From: an uncultured Chloroflexia bacterium
Lineage (GTDB): Bacteria > Chloroflexota > Chloroflexia > QHBQ01 > JADMIH01
DNA length: 64,000 nucleotides
Direction of reading: 5' to 3'
NCBI GenBank assembly: GCA_963797095.1
Contig: CAWCNY010000003.1
Coordinates: 320,001-384,000 of the forward strand
Positions 1 through 9,366 of the stretch are shown one piece after another. The notes beneath the pieces are model-generated. The model saw only the letters and a program-made list of their open reading frames with translations. It ran no database searches and was not told the DNA's origin. A program made the position numbers and the translations under genes. Within the stretch, counting starts at the first letter, position 1, and every line of letters begins with the position of its first letter.

Positions 1-960
1 AAGAGCAAGTGCCTCTACCACCACCTCAGGGCAGAAAAGAGGCGCGCACATCCAGCCTGTATCGAGGCCAAGGCTGTAGGCGCTCAGAAGAAGGTTCTGG
101 ATGGCGGCACCCAGGCTCTGGATAGCCATCACGCGCTCGGCCTCCTGGCGGGCGGGGTCCGAGTAGGTGTGCAGGTCCGACAGGTACAGGCATGGGATAA
201 TAAGCACAGGGGTACTCACGATCCGGTTGTGGGATTGTCGTGCCCGCGTTTCCACCACATCGGGATCGTCACCGTCCAGGGCGAGGTTGCGCCGCCATTC
301 AGCACCCATCGCCTGTGCCAGCTTCTCCTTGACTTCAGGGCGGGTGAGCACAATGAAGCGCCAGGGTTGCGCGCCATGCGGCGATGGTGCCCACCGCGCG
401 GCCTCAATTGCCGCTTCAACAAGCTCGCGTGGCACCGGGATCGTCTTGAAGCGGCGCACCACATGGCGTCCTCTGGCCAACAACGCGAAATCAAGCCCTG
501 GCCTATCCTGCGGAATATGGCTCCCTACAGGTGCTGCCTGCCACTCGTAGGTGCAGGTCACCGAGATCGTTATCACGGGCTGGCTCTCGATCGGCATACG
601 GAGGTACTGCGGGTACTTGTCTCTGAGGAGCGAGATCGCAGCCGAGTGGTCGGGGCTACCGGGGGCCGCGAGAGCGGCAGTTCCGGTCACCAGGGCATAG
701 CGGAGACGTGTCCAGTCTTCGCTGTAGGTATCCACCAGCAGGGCAACATACGGGTTCGCCAGGATGTTGCGCACGCGCTTGAGACGTGTAGGCACCACCC
801 TCTTGGGCTTGGCATCCAGGGCTATGTAGATGCGAACTCCCGATTGGGCGAAGCAGACCGGCACCACGTAGGGCCGCCCGGCGGCATCGGCGGTGGCTAA
901 ACGCGCCACGCGAGCGGAATTGATGTAGGGATCTGGGTTGTCCTGAGAGAGTATAGCCAA
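1..960 (-). CDS. Fusion of a PPOX-class F420-binding domain (Rv0121/TIGR03668-like) and an FbiB-C-terminal/FbiE-like nitroreductase; 3' end runs off the window
   Basis: Not in the ORF track. Manual translation from TTG at 960 gives YINSARVARLATADAAGRPYVVPVCF...DAKPKR...RLKRVRNILANPYVALLVDTYSEDW...KYPQY, continuing in frame with no stop into RHVVRRFK...AARWAPSPHGAQPWRF...SLGAAIQNLLLSAYSLGLDTGWMCAPLFCPE. Confidence 0.85.
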   Translation of the reverse strand, partial: MAILSQDNPDPYINSARVARLATADAAGRPYVVPVCFAQSGVRIYIALDAKPKRVVPTRLKRVRNILANPYVALLVDTYSEDWTRLRYALVTGTAALAAPGSPDHSAAISLLRDKYPQYLRMPIESQPVITISVTCTYEWQAAPVGSHIPQDRPGLDFALLARGRHVVRRFKTIPVPRELVEAAIEAARWAPSPHGAQPWRFIVLTRPEVKEKLAQAMGAEWRRNLALDGDDPDVVETRARQSHNRIVSTPVLIIPCLYLSDLHTYSDPARQEAERVMAIQSLGAAIQNLLLSAYSLGLDTGWMCAPLFCPEVVVEALAL

Positions 961-1094
961 AGGTATGATCGCTATGCTGGATCTTCGTGGGGAGAGCCGG
1001 AGGGGCTGGTCCTCCCCCTCATAATACTAAATGACATTGGTGGACAAAAACGGGACACGTTTTGAGGTGTACTTTCGGGTGGTTTTTCTTGAGA

Positions 1095-2576
1095 TTACTT
1101 GTAGCGGATGATTGCGAAGTCATTGTTGAGGATGTCGTCGGGGTCTACGTTGGCTGTGCCCGCTAACACGACCTTGCCATCGGGTTGGAGGGCAACGGCA
1201 TGGGCCTCGTCCTGGTATTCGCCGAACAACTCTCGTATTATGCCTTTTTTGCCGAGACTTGTGTCGAGGCTGCCGTCCGCGTTGTATATTTCGAGGCCGA
1301 AGTCGGTCTGGCTCAGGTAGCCCGCGGTGGCGAGCCTGCCATCAGGTAGGCGCACAAGCGAGTAGTTGCCCGACGAAAAGCCGTAGTCGTTGCTGACCAT
1401 GCCGCCATCTCCAAAAGAGGTGTCGAGGCTACCTTCACTGTTATATTGCACAAGTCCAAAGCCGTTTTTCCAGCACGCATCGGTTGAGCAGAATTGCGCA
1501 CCCACGGTCACGGTCCCTGCCAGCACTATCTTGCCCCCCGGAACGAGAGCGATAGCATAAGCCACATCGGGAGAGTCGCCACCTATATCGGTGAGAAGCT
1601 TGCCGCCCTCGCCGAAATCAGTATCGAGGCTGCCGTCAGAGTTGTAGCGCACAACGGCAAAGTCGCGGAAGTCGGTGCTTTCGGGGCTTGAGGAAGCGAA
1701 GCCCGCCACAACGATCTTGCCATCATCCTGAATGGCGACCGCGTTTGCGCCATCATCGTTACTCACGTCGGTGATGATCACGCCTGCATCCCCAAATGTC
1801 TCGTCCAGGCTGCCGTCGGTGTTGATACGGGCGATTGCGAAGTCGAGCGGGTAGATGCCCGTGGTACCGGCGAGCACGATCTTGCCGTCGGGCTGGATCG
1901 AGGCTGCATAGGCGGTGTCGTCGCCGCTGTTGGATCTCTCGCGGTTGACCGGGATCAGAGCCTTGCCGCCATCGCCGAACAATTCGTCCAGGCTGCCATC
2001 GGTGTTGTAGCGCACAGCCGCGAACACCGAATGACGGTATGCCGGCCACCAGGCCGTGCCGACGGCGACCAGTTTGCCGTCAGGTTGCGCCAGGAGAGCG
2101 TAGGATTGCGAGTAGTCGTACGCTTCGCCCAGAACATTGGTGGCGGCTATGCCTTCGTCCGCAAAGGTTGTGTCGAGGCTGCCGTCGGCGTTGTAACGCG
2201 CAACCGTGAACTTGGGCTGTTGGTTCTTGATGGGTCGTGCCTCGCCCGCTACGGCTATCTTGCCGTCAGACTGGACTATTATCGCGCGTATTGTTTCGGT
2301 GCTACTGCCGAGGTCTGTAGTGACCTTGCCGCCCTCACCAAATGTATCATCGAGCACACCCTGGAAGTTGAATGAGCCCGACGTTCGAGGTGTCGAAGTG
2401 ACCTGGGTCGGCACGATATCGTCGCCCGTGTCACCCGTCTGGCCGGGGGTGGGGGTTGGTTGGGAGCTATCTCCACACGCTGCCGTGAATAGAAGTAGAG
2501 CGAGTATGAAGGTCGAAAAGAACGGGTGCGGAGTGCGGGATCGCTGTTTACTGGACTTTTGCGTGCGAGATAGCAT
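1095..2576 (-). CDS. Lipoprotein with delta-60 (DUF5122-like) beta-propeller repeats
   Basis: Lipobox FTAAC; about 7 repeats of QPDGKIVxAG...ARYNxDGSLDTTFG. Confidence 0.85.
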   Translation of the reverse strand: MLSRTQKSSKQRSRTPHPFFSTFILALLLFTAACGDSSQPTPTPGQTGDTGDDIVPTQVTSTPRTSGSFNFQGVLDDTFGEGGKVTTDLGSSTETIRAIIVQSDGKIAVAGEARPIKNQQPKFTVARYNADGSLDTTFADEGIAATNVLGEAYDYSQSYALLAQPDGKLVAVGTAWWPAYRHSVFAAVRYNTDGSLDELFGDGGKALIPVNRERSNSGDDTAYAASIQPDGKIVLAGTTGIYPLDFAIARINTDGSLDETFGDAGVIITDVSNDDGANAVAIQDDGKIVVAGFASSSPESTDFRDFAVVRYNSDGSLDTDFGEGGKLLTDIGGDSPDVAYAIALVPGGKIVLAGTVTVGAQFCSTDACWKNGFGLVQYNSEGSLDTSFGDGGMVSNDYGFSSGNYSLVRLPDGRLATAGYLSQTDFGLEIYNADGSLDTSLGKKGIIRELFGEYQDEAHAVALQPDGKVVLAGTANVDPDDILNNDFAIIRYK

Positions 2577-2607
2577 TGCCTTCTCTTTCCGGAGACCGGC
2601 TACTGTA

Positions 2608-3633
2608 TCAGTAGTGGTCGCTCTCGTCGTCAGTGGGCGCGGGCGGCTCCGGCCACTTGATGTTGGGGATGACTTCGCGACCGTAAGCCTCGATGAACTC
2701 AGGCTGGTTGCGACCTACGTTGTGGATATAGACTTCGGTGAAGCCGAGGTCTACGAAGTGCTGGATGTGGGCGCGATGGGCGTCCAGGTCGGCGGACATG
2801 AACACACGGCCCTTGAAGTTTTCGGGGCGCACAAGGCGCTGTATTGCCTCGAAGTCCTCGGGGTTGCGGATGTCCTGCTTGGGGAAGTTCATACCGCCGT
2901 TGGGCCACTCCTTGACAGATTGGTCGATGGCAGCTTCGTCGGTTTCGGCCCACGAAACGTGAAGCTGGAGAATGCGGGGCATCTTGAAGGGGTCTTTGCC
3001 TGCATCGAACGCGCCCTTCTCGAATCTCTCCATGAGGTTCTTGAGTTTCTCGTCGGCAGCACCCACGGTGATTATGCCCTCGCAGGTGCGGCCAGTGCGC
3101 TCGGCATTGATGGGGCCGGAGGTGGCGACGAAAATGGGAGGGGGTGTCTTGGGCATAGTGTAGAGTCTGGCCGATTCGAGGGTGTAGTATTGGCCCCTGT
3201 GCTTGACCACTTTGCCCGTGAAGAGCTTGCGGATAACCTCTATCGCCTCGCCAAGCATCTCAAGGCGTGTGACGGCTTCGGGCCAATACTGGCCGGTGAT
3301 GTGCTCGTTGAGGGCCTCGCCCGCGCCCAGGCCAAGATAGAACCTGCCAGGGAACATAGCCTCCATGGTGGCGGCGGCCTGCGCGAGGATGGCGGGGTGG
3401 TAGCGCCAGCCCGGAGGGGTGACGCCCGTACCGAGGCGTAGCTTGGTGGCGACCCCGAGCGCGCCCAGCAGAGACCAGGCGAAGGGACTTTGACCCTGTG
3501 AGGGAACCCAAGGGTGGAAGTGATCGGACACCATGAGGCCAGTCCAACCGTTGTCCTCGGCGGCCTTCGAGTAGTCTATTAGCTCTGTGGGCGAGAATTG
3601 CTCGCACATGACTGCATAGCCGAAAATGCCCAT
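2608..3633 (-). CDS. F420-dependent LLM-class oxidoreductase (G6PDH/TIGR03557-like)
   Basis: CEQF, SDHFHPW, GTGVTPP, GLGAGEALNEH motifs. Confidence 0.9.
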   Translation of the reverse strand: MGIFGYAVMCEQFSPTELIDYSKAAEDNGWTGLMVSDHFHPWVPSQGQSPFAWSLLGALGVATKLRLGTGVTPPGWRYHPAILAQAAATMEAMFPGRFYLGLGAGEALNEHITGQYWPEAVTRLEMLGEAIEVIRKLFTGKVVKHRGQYYTLESARLYTMPKTPPPIFVATSGPINAERTGRTCEGIITVGAADEKLKNLMERFEKGAFDAGKDPFKMPRILQLHVSWAETDEAAIDQSVKEWPNGGMNFPKQDIRNPEDFEAIQRLVRPENFKGRVFMSADLDAHRAHIQHFVDLGFTEVYIHNVGRNQPEFIEAYGREVIPNIKWPEPPAPTDDESDHY

Positions 3634-3719
3634 GGTGTGCCTCCTAGCGAATGATACGTGAAACGTGATACGTGAATCTTCGTGCGATGTATGTAATGGG
3701 GATTAATACTTTGTGTGTA

Positions 3720-3856
3720 TCGGTAGTCGGTAGTCGGAGGATTGGTGGCGAGTGGCGAGTGGCGAGTGGCGAGTGGCGAGTGGCGAGTGGCGAGTGGCGA
3801 GTATTTGCCTTTCCGACTACCGACTACCGACTACCGACTACCGACTACCGACTACC
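3720..3856. repeat. Heptamer hairpin cassette (TAGTCGG)n-(GTGGCGA)8-GTATTTGCCTTT-(CCGACTA)6
   Basis: Read directly; the outer arrays are reverse complements; the cofE stop codon lies in the CCGACTA array. Confidence 0.95.
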
Positions 3857-4601
3857 TGAACATATCGCGCGCAGGCTCGATGATCAACTCCTGGGAGTTG
3901 CCTTCGGCCCTGTCGTACGAATATCCGCGCACGACGGCGACGGGGCAGGACTCCACTTTGCCCATCACCAACTCGGCGGCTGATGCCAGTTCGTCGGCTA
4001 CAGCTATGATGGTGGCGTTCATGCGGTAGCCGTAGGGATCGTGCTGGCCCCGGTAGTCGCGCAGAGGGGCCAGACCGGACACGCCGATGGCGATGTTGAT
4101 TATGCCGTGACGCCAGGCGCGGCCAAAAGAGTCGGAGACGATCACGGGGATATCGAGGCCTGTGGCGCGTTGGACAGCTTCGCGGATGTGGAAAGCCGAG
4201 GCATCGGAGTTGAGAGGGAGAAGGCCCACAATGTGCTCGCCCTGTACATTGGAGGCATCCACTCCCGCGTTGGCGCATATGAACCCGTGGCGCGTCTCGC
4301 AGATGATGATGCCCTTGTCCATGCGCACGATGCGGGCGCTCTCGCGCAACACCACCTCGATGTGGCGGGGGTCTTTGCCCCATGTGCGGGCGTAATCTAC
4401 GGCGAACTGCGACGGCTCGATCTCGTTGAGGTCAACCAATCGACCCTCGGCTTTGCTGACGATCTTCTGCGTGACGACGAGCACATCGCCATCCTGCAAG
4501 GCTATATTGCCCGCCACACAGCCCGATAGGATCAGGGCGGGCAGGTCGTCGCCTGGGTGGATTTCGGGGATGTTGGGGATGCCTAGAAGTTGGATAGTCA
4601 T
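3852..4601 (-). CDS. cofE: Coenzyme F420-0:L-glutamate ligase (single-domain)
   Basis: GDVLVVTQKIVSKAEG, ICANAGVDASN, VSDSFGRAWR, AVADELASAAELVMGK. Confidence 0.95.
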   Translation of the reverse strand: MTIQLLGIPNIPEIHPGDDLPALILSGCVAGNIALQDGDVLVVTQKIVSKAEGRLVDLNEIEPSQFAVDYARTWGKDPRHIEVVLRESARIVRMDKGIIICETRHGFICANAGVDASNVQGEHIVGLLPLNSDASAFHIREAVQRATGLDIPVIVSDSFGRAWRHGIINIAIGVSGLAPLRDYRGQHDPYGYRMNATIIAVADELASAAELVMGKVESCPVAVVRGYSYDRAEGNSQELIIEPARDMFR

Positions 4602-4636
4602 TACTGCTTACTTCGTATTGCGTTTTGCGTATTTGA

Positions 4637-5566
4637 TCAGCCTTTGAGGCGTGGGATCACTTTCTCTATCATCGTGTGAAGCCCGTCTTGCCTGGGGAAG
4701 TCGAGGATGCGAAGCTGGAAGTGCCGCACACCAAGCTTGATGAATTGTTCCAGCTCACGCGTGATATCGTCGGGAGTGCCTGCTATCAGGTGGAAGGGGC
4801 GCTGCTCCTTCTGAGCGGGATCGTCGAGGAACTGCACGAAGCCGAAGTAGGTGTGGAATATGCCGGATGGATCGCGGCCTATGTCACGGCAGTGCCCCGC
4901 CAATACCTGCTGCTTGTGGGCGTACTCCTCGGCGTCGCAAAAGTTGTAGTTCCACCAGTCGGCATATTTGGCAACCACTCGAAGGGTCTTCTTCTCGCCT
5001 CCGCCCGCGATCAAGAGCGGGATGGGAGGGTCGGGCTGGGGTTGGCACTCGGCGTTCTCCATGCTGTAATACTGCCCTTTGAAATTGGCGGGCGACTCGG
5101 TCCAGAGGGCGCGGATGATCTGCACCGCCTCCTCTAGCTGGTCTATCCGCTCGCTGGCGGGCGGGTAGGGATAGCCATAGGCGCGATATTCGTCCTCTTT
5201 CCAGCCCGCGCCTATGCCCATGATGAACCTGCCTCCCGTCATCAATTGCAGGTTGGCGGCCATCTTGGCGGTAAGCGAGGGGCTGCGATACGACTGACCG
5301 AGCACGATATTGCCCAGGCGCACTTTTTCGTGGCGGCCTGCAAGGTAGGTGAGAGTGGTGAGGGCTTCAAGCACGGGCCGCTTGTCCCAATGGAAGTGGT
5401 CCTCCACCCACACGGTGTCGAAGCGGGGCTGCATCGCCTCAATATAGCTTTCGTTGGCCTGCAAGAGGGCGCGTGCGGCAGCCTGTGGAGACACCTTTTG
5501 CTCCTCAGAGAGGCCGCGCGGCACGGGATAAATGACCCAACCGAAAGTTATATCGCCGTTGCTCAT
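4637..5566 (-). CDS. LLM-class flavin/F420-dependent oxidoreductase
   Basis: WVEDHF, GIGAGWKEDEY, GGGEKKTLRVVAKYADWWN. Confidence 0.9.
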   Translation of the reverse strand: MSNGDITFGWVIYPVPRGLSEEQKVSPQAAARALLQANESYIEAMQPRFDTVWVEDHFHWDKRPVLEALTTLTYLAGRHEKVRLGNIVLGQSYRSPSLTAKMAANLQLMTGGRFIMGIGAGWKEDEYRAYGYPYPPASERIDQLEEAVQIIRALWTESPANFKGQYYSMENAECQPQPDPPIPLLIAGGGEKKTLRVVAKYADWWNYNFCDAEEYAHKQQVLAGHCRDIGRDPSGIFHTYFGFVQFLDDPAQKEQRPFHLIAGTPDDITRELEQFIKLGVRHFQLRILDFPRQDGLHTMIEKVIPRLKG

Positions 5567-5622
5567 CAGTTGCTCCTAGTATCAGTACGAGTTCGCGAGT
5601 GTGGTGTGTAAGATACGGATCG

Positions 5623-6240
5623 TCAGGAGAAAGCGTACTCCATAGCGGTCGCCAGGCGGTGAGCCTCAAGATAGCCCAGGTCGTCCAGGGTATCTATATC
5701 GAGGGCAAGGCCGTGGGCATTGAAGAGGCGGATGGCCGCGCCGCTGGCTCGCGCCAGGTCGATATGAGCATCGAGGCTGCTTGGGCCGAAGGCGAAGTGC
5801 GCCAGGGCGGGCGGGTGGCTAAGTAGGGCGTTGGTGCCGGCGGAATGTCTGTCGGGCGCGAGGACCACAGTGTCAGGCTGCTCACCAAGCTCGACCATGA
5901 GGGATATGTCCCCCGGAGCGAGCAGGGGCAGGTCGGCGAATATCACCAGCAATGCCTCAGCGCCCTGCGAGATGGCCCACTCGCGGCCTTCTTCGAGAAG
6001 GTTGTTGAGGCCTGGGCGGCTCTGAGGCAGGACCGTAACCGTCGAAGGGAGATGAACCTCGGTAGGCTCCTGGCTGATCACGGCGATCCGGTCGATGGAG
6101 CCTGATGTGGCCAGGGTTTGCACCACATGTAGGAGCATTTCGCTCGCAAGCTCGGCTCGCTCATCGGTGGATAGAGCGCCCGCAAGGCGAGTCTTGGCGT
6201 TGCGGAGGCTCTTCATTGGGATTATTGCGAAAGTGTTCAT
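5623..6240 (-). CDS. cofC: 2-phospho-L-lactate/PEP guanylyltransferase
   Basis: IIPMKSLRNAKTRL, ADLPLL, APDRHSAGTNAL, LDIDTLDDL. Confidence 0.93.
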   Translation of the reverse strand: MNTFAIIPMKSLRNAKTRLAGALSTDERAELASEMLLHVVQTLATSGSIDRIAVISQEPTEVHLPSTVTVLPQSRPGLNNLLEEGREWAISQGAEALLVIFADLPLLAPGDISLMVELGEQPDTVVLAPDRHSAGTNALLSHPPALAHFAFGPSSLDAHIDLARASGAAIRLFNAHGLALDIDTLDDLGYLEAHRLATAMEYAFS

Positions 6241-6289
6241 TTGCGTTGGTTATTGGTTGTCAGTAGTCGCAACTACAATCATCTGTGAC

Positions 6290-7318
6290 CTATCGTCTAT
6301 CGTCCAACTTGTGACTAAAGGCAAGTGCGACCTCGGCGAGTGCGCGCCTGTCTTCGTCCGTGTTCATTATAGTATCTGCTATTTCTGCAGCGATGCCCAG
6401 AGCCTCGATGCGGGGCGCATAGGCTTCGTCCAGGCGGTCGATGATCATGCCCTGGATGGCGTCTCCGTAAAGGCTGGCGACGCCCACCGGCGACACCTCG
6501 TGACCGAGAGATTGGAGCATGTTGGCGGCGGGGCCTTTGATGGCGGCACCGCCAACGATGGGGCTGACCGCCACGCGAGGCGCGGGCGCGGCTTTGAGGG
6601 CAGCACGCATGCCCGGCACCTTGAGGATCGGGCCTATGCTCACTATGGGGTTGGATGGGCAGAAGATGATAGCGTCGGCGCTCGCGATTGCGGACAGCAC
6701 CTGCTGGGTGGGCCGGGCTTCTCCGATGCCATGAAAGAGGAAGCCCGTGACGGTGTCGGTATGCCGGCGGCGCACAAAGTAGTCCTGGAATTCAAGCGGG
6801 CCGTCGGGGGTCATAAGGAGAGTGGCGACAGGCTCATCGCACATAGGGAGGATTGCGTTGGGGACGCCAAGCGCAGAGGAGAGATGGGCCGTAACTTCAG
6901 TGAGGGTGCGGCCTTCGCGCAGAAGCTGGGTGCGCAGGACGTGAGTGATAGTGTCACGGTCGCCCAGGCGAAACCACGGCTCGCGGCCATAGAGGGCCAT
7001 CTGCTCCATCCCCTGCCAGGTATCGCCCTCGATGCCCCAACCCCACGTGCGGTTGGCGAGACCCGCCAGCGTATACATAACCGTATCGAGGTCGGGCGAG
7101 ATGTGCAGGCCCCATAGCTCGAAGTCGTCGGCTGTATTGACGACCACGGATAGGCTGCCGGGGTCAAGGGCCATCTGGAGGCCATGCGCGAGCTTGGCAC
7201 CACCCACCCCCCCGGCCAGGGCCAGCACAGAATGACGAGTACCGAGTGCCGAGTTAGCCAGAGCGTACTCGGTACTCGGTACTCGGTACCTGTCACTCCG
7301 CTCAGAGTCCATGGACAT
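6290..7318 (-). CDS. cofD: 2-phospho-L-lactate transferase
   Basis: [40 protein letters not shown]; the N-terminus carries an in-frame heptamer repeat. Confidence 0.95.
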   Translation of the reverse strand: MSMDSERSDRYRVPSTEYALANSALGTRHSVLALAGGVGGAKLAHGLQMALDPGSLSVVVNTADDFELWGLHISPDLDTVMYTLAGLANRTWGWGIEGDTWQGMEQMALYGREPWFRLGDRDTITHVLRTQLLREGRTLTEVTAHLSSALGVPNAILPMCDEPVATLLMTPDGPLEFQDYFVRRRHTDTVTGFLFHGIGEARPTQQVLSAIASADAIIFCPSNPIVSIGPILKVPGMRAALKAAPAPRVAVSPIVGGAAIKGPAANMLQSLGHEVSPVGVASLYGDAIQGMIIDRLDEAYAPRIEALGIAAEIADTIMNTDEDRRALAEVALAFSHKLDDRR

Positions 7319-7706
7319 CTATCTTCTCGATGGTCATGTAGATGGTCACGCGCGCCTGCTTGCTGAATTTGTCACGCATGTCGCGTGCCGCCGATTCCTC
7401 GCCGTCGTAGCGAACTGCCAGGCGGTGGATCGTGGACTGCGACAATTCCGGGTCGTAATCAAGCTCGACGCGCCCCGTTAAGGTGAGGTAGTTGTAGCCA
7501 TCTTCCAGGCAGAGCGAAACACGCGGGTCGCGCCTAAGGTTGCGCTCTTTCTTGCGCCCCACAAGCGTGTTCATCATTATGCGGTCGCCCTGCAACTCGT
7601 ACCACATGGTGGTTAGTTGAGGCGTGCCATCGTCGTTAATAGTGGCAAGCACACCAAAGCGGCGCTCGCCGAGGAAGGCTTTGAGCTTATCTGTTAGTTC
7701 TGGCAT
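7302..7706 (-). CDS. PPOX-class F420-dependent oxidoreductase
   Basis: VLATINDDGTPQLTTMWY, RKKERNLRRDPRVSL. Confidence 0.9.
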   Translation of the reverse strand: MPELTDKLKAFLGERRFGVLATINDDGTPQLTTMWYELQGDRIMMNTLVGRKKERNLRRDPRVSLCLEDGYNYLTLTGRVELDYDPELSQSTIHRLAVRYDGEESAARDMRDKFSKQARVTIYMTIEKIDVHGL

Positions 7707-7721
7707 TGGTCTCTTGGGGTT

Positions 7722-7841
7722 GGTAGTCGGTAGTCGGAGGACAAGTGACGAGGGACAGTGACGAGGGACGAGTATTTGCCTTTCCGACTACCGACTACCG
7801 ACTACCGACTACCGACTACCGACTACCGACTACCGACTACC
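7722..7841. repeat. Heptamer hairpin cassette with the same frame as 3720-3856 but a different core; (CCGACTA)8
   Basis: Shares GGTAGTCGGTAGTCGGAGGA and CGAGTATTTGCCTTTCCGACTACC; core is AGTGACG/AGGGACA-type units. Confidence 0.95.
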
Positions 7842-7844
7842 ATC

Positions 7845-8750
7845 TCACCGTCCTGCAGGCACAAGATTGTTGAGTTGAGAAACGATCTCCGGGAAAACCT
7901 CGAAGGCGTCGGGGCGGCTGACGTTGGGGAGGCTGATGATGGCCTGGTCGAAACCTAGCTCTGCCAGGTGGCCGAAGCGATCAAGCGCCTCCTGGATAGA
8001 GATGCTGCCTTCGCGCCCATCGCGGGTAATGTACATGCGGTCGAGGCTGGTTTTCTCGATCTCCTCGTAGGGGCGGCCTTCCCTCTCGCAATGCTCCTTC
8101 AGAACGTTGAGTTTGTGCCGCAGCATCTCGTCGCCGAGGCGGGCAAAGAGGTTGCAGGCATCGGCGTATTTAGCCACGAAGCGGAGGGTCTTGGTCTCGC
8201 CGGTGCCGCCGATCAGGATCGGAGGGTGGGGCCTGGTAAGCACCTGCGGCGAGTTGAGCGTTTCGGCGAGGTGATAATGCTTGCCATGGTACTCACCGAC
8301 CTCGCCAGACCACATCTGGTGGGCGATCTGGAGGGTCTCTTCCAGGCGCTCGAAGCGCTCCTTGAGAGGAGGGAAGGGAACGCCCAGCCCTTTGTGCTCG
8401 CGCTCATACCAGCCCGCACCCACGCCGAAGTAGGCGCGCCCACTCGAAACAACATCGAGGGTGGAAACGGTCTTAACCAGGATGCCGGGGTTGCGATATG
8501 TGGCGCTGGTGACCATTGTACCCAGCTTTATACGCTCGGTCTGCCCGGCGATGAAGCTGAGCGCGCTGTAGCCCTCAAGCATGGGCTCTTCGGCCTGGCC
8601 CAAACCCGGTATCTGGAAGAAATGGTCCATAACCCACAGGCTCTCGAAGCCCGCTCGATCGGCCTGACGTCCGATCGAGCCGAAGATGGGGCCGATAGAT
8701 TGGGGCTGGCCTTCCCACGTGAAGTTGTTTACCTGTATGCCTAGTTTCAT
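7845..8750 (-). CDS. LLM-class F420-dependent oxidoreductase (Rv1855c/TIGR03560-like)
   Basis: WVMDHFFQI, YRNPGILVK, GGTGETKTLRFVAKYADACN. Confidence 0.9.
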   Translation of the reverse strand: MKLGIQVNNFTWEGQPQSIGPIFGSIGRQADRAGFESLWVMDHFFQIPGLGQAEEPMLEGYSALSFIAGQTERIKLGTMVTSATYRNPGILVKTVSTLDVVSSGRAYFGVGAGWYEREHKGLGVPFPPLKERFERLEETLQIAHQMWSGEVGEYHGKHYHLAETLNSPQVLTRPHPPILIGGTGETKTLRFVAKYADACNLFARLGDEMLRHKLNVLKEHCEREGRPYEEIEKTSLDRMYITRDGREGSISIQEALDRFGHLAELGFDQAIISLPNVSRPDAFEVFPEIVSQLNNLVPAGR

Positions 8751-9366
8751 ATTGTTACGACCTCTCTTTAGTCAATCTTTGTAACCCATCGCCGGTGGGC
8801 AAATGGGTTGTCTCTATTGTGATGGACTTTGACGGTGCAATATATATGCCGCAAGTGGGGATTTTTCGTCTATTTGCGCCTGGGACGGCGCATACGGAAC
8901 ACACCAGTATAGCACACTCCATGCCGGGCGTCATGGGACCGGAGATGTATTTGGAGATTAGATAATTGTTAACAGTTCTTTCGCTCATTTTTGGGCTAAT
9001 TGGAGAAATTGCACGCTTAGCATAAGCCTCTCGGTTTGATAAGTGGCCGAATTGGGCTCCAAAGACCGGTTTTGGGCCTTGCCACAAGGGTTGGGGCCTC
9101 GAGGTCTGAGAAACACATTCGATGGCTGACCTCCATTTAGTGAGTTGATGATGTCGAACACTAGATGTAGTGCTTCGGCAATTCTCAGAACCACCTGGAA
9201 AATGAGCGAACGATCTGTGTTAATACGCAGAATGCAGAATTGCGCGGGCAAGGGTGCGCGGGTATAATGATGCTGGGCGTGCCCTGCCCGTCCTATCGCG
9301 GCGCAATTAGCTATCTCAAAAGCGGTTCCCGGCCCCTTATGGTCCTCCCAAGAAATGGAATAGATT

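Noticed and set aside
169-900. Long + strand ORFs here and other antisense ORFs (e.g. 2206-3441, 14754-15932, 24815-26197, 32314-33690, 50113-51315)
   Set aside because: Shadows of well-supported genes on the opposite strand in high-GC DNA
3720-3856. Repeat arrays as CRISPR
   Set aside because: 7-bp tandem units with no unique spacers and no cas genes
8755-9360. ORFs in the AT-richer gap between the F420 cluster and the amidase
   Set aside because: No recognisable motifs; more likely a divergent promoter region
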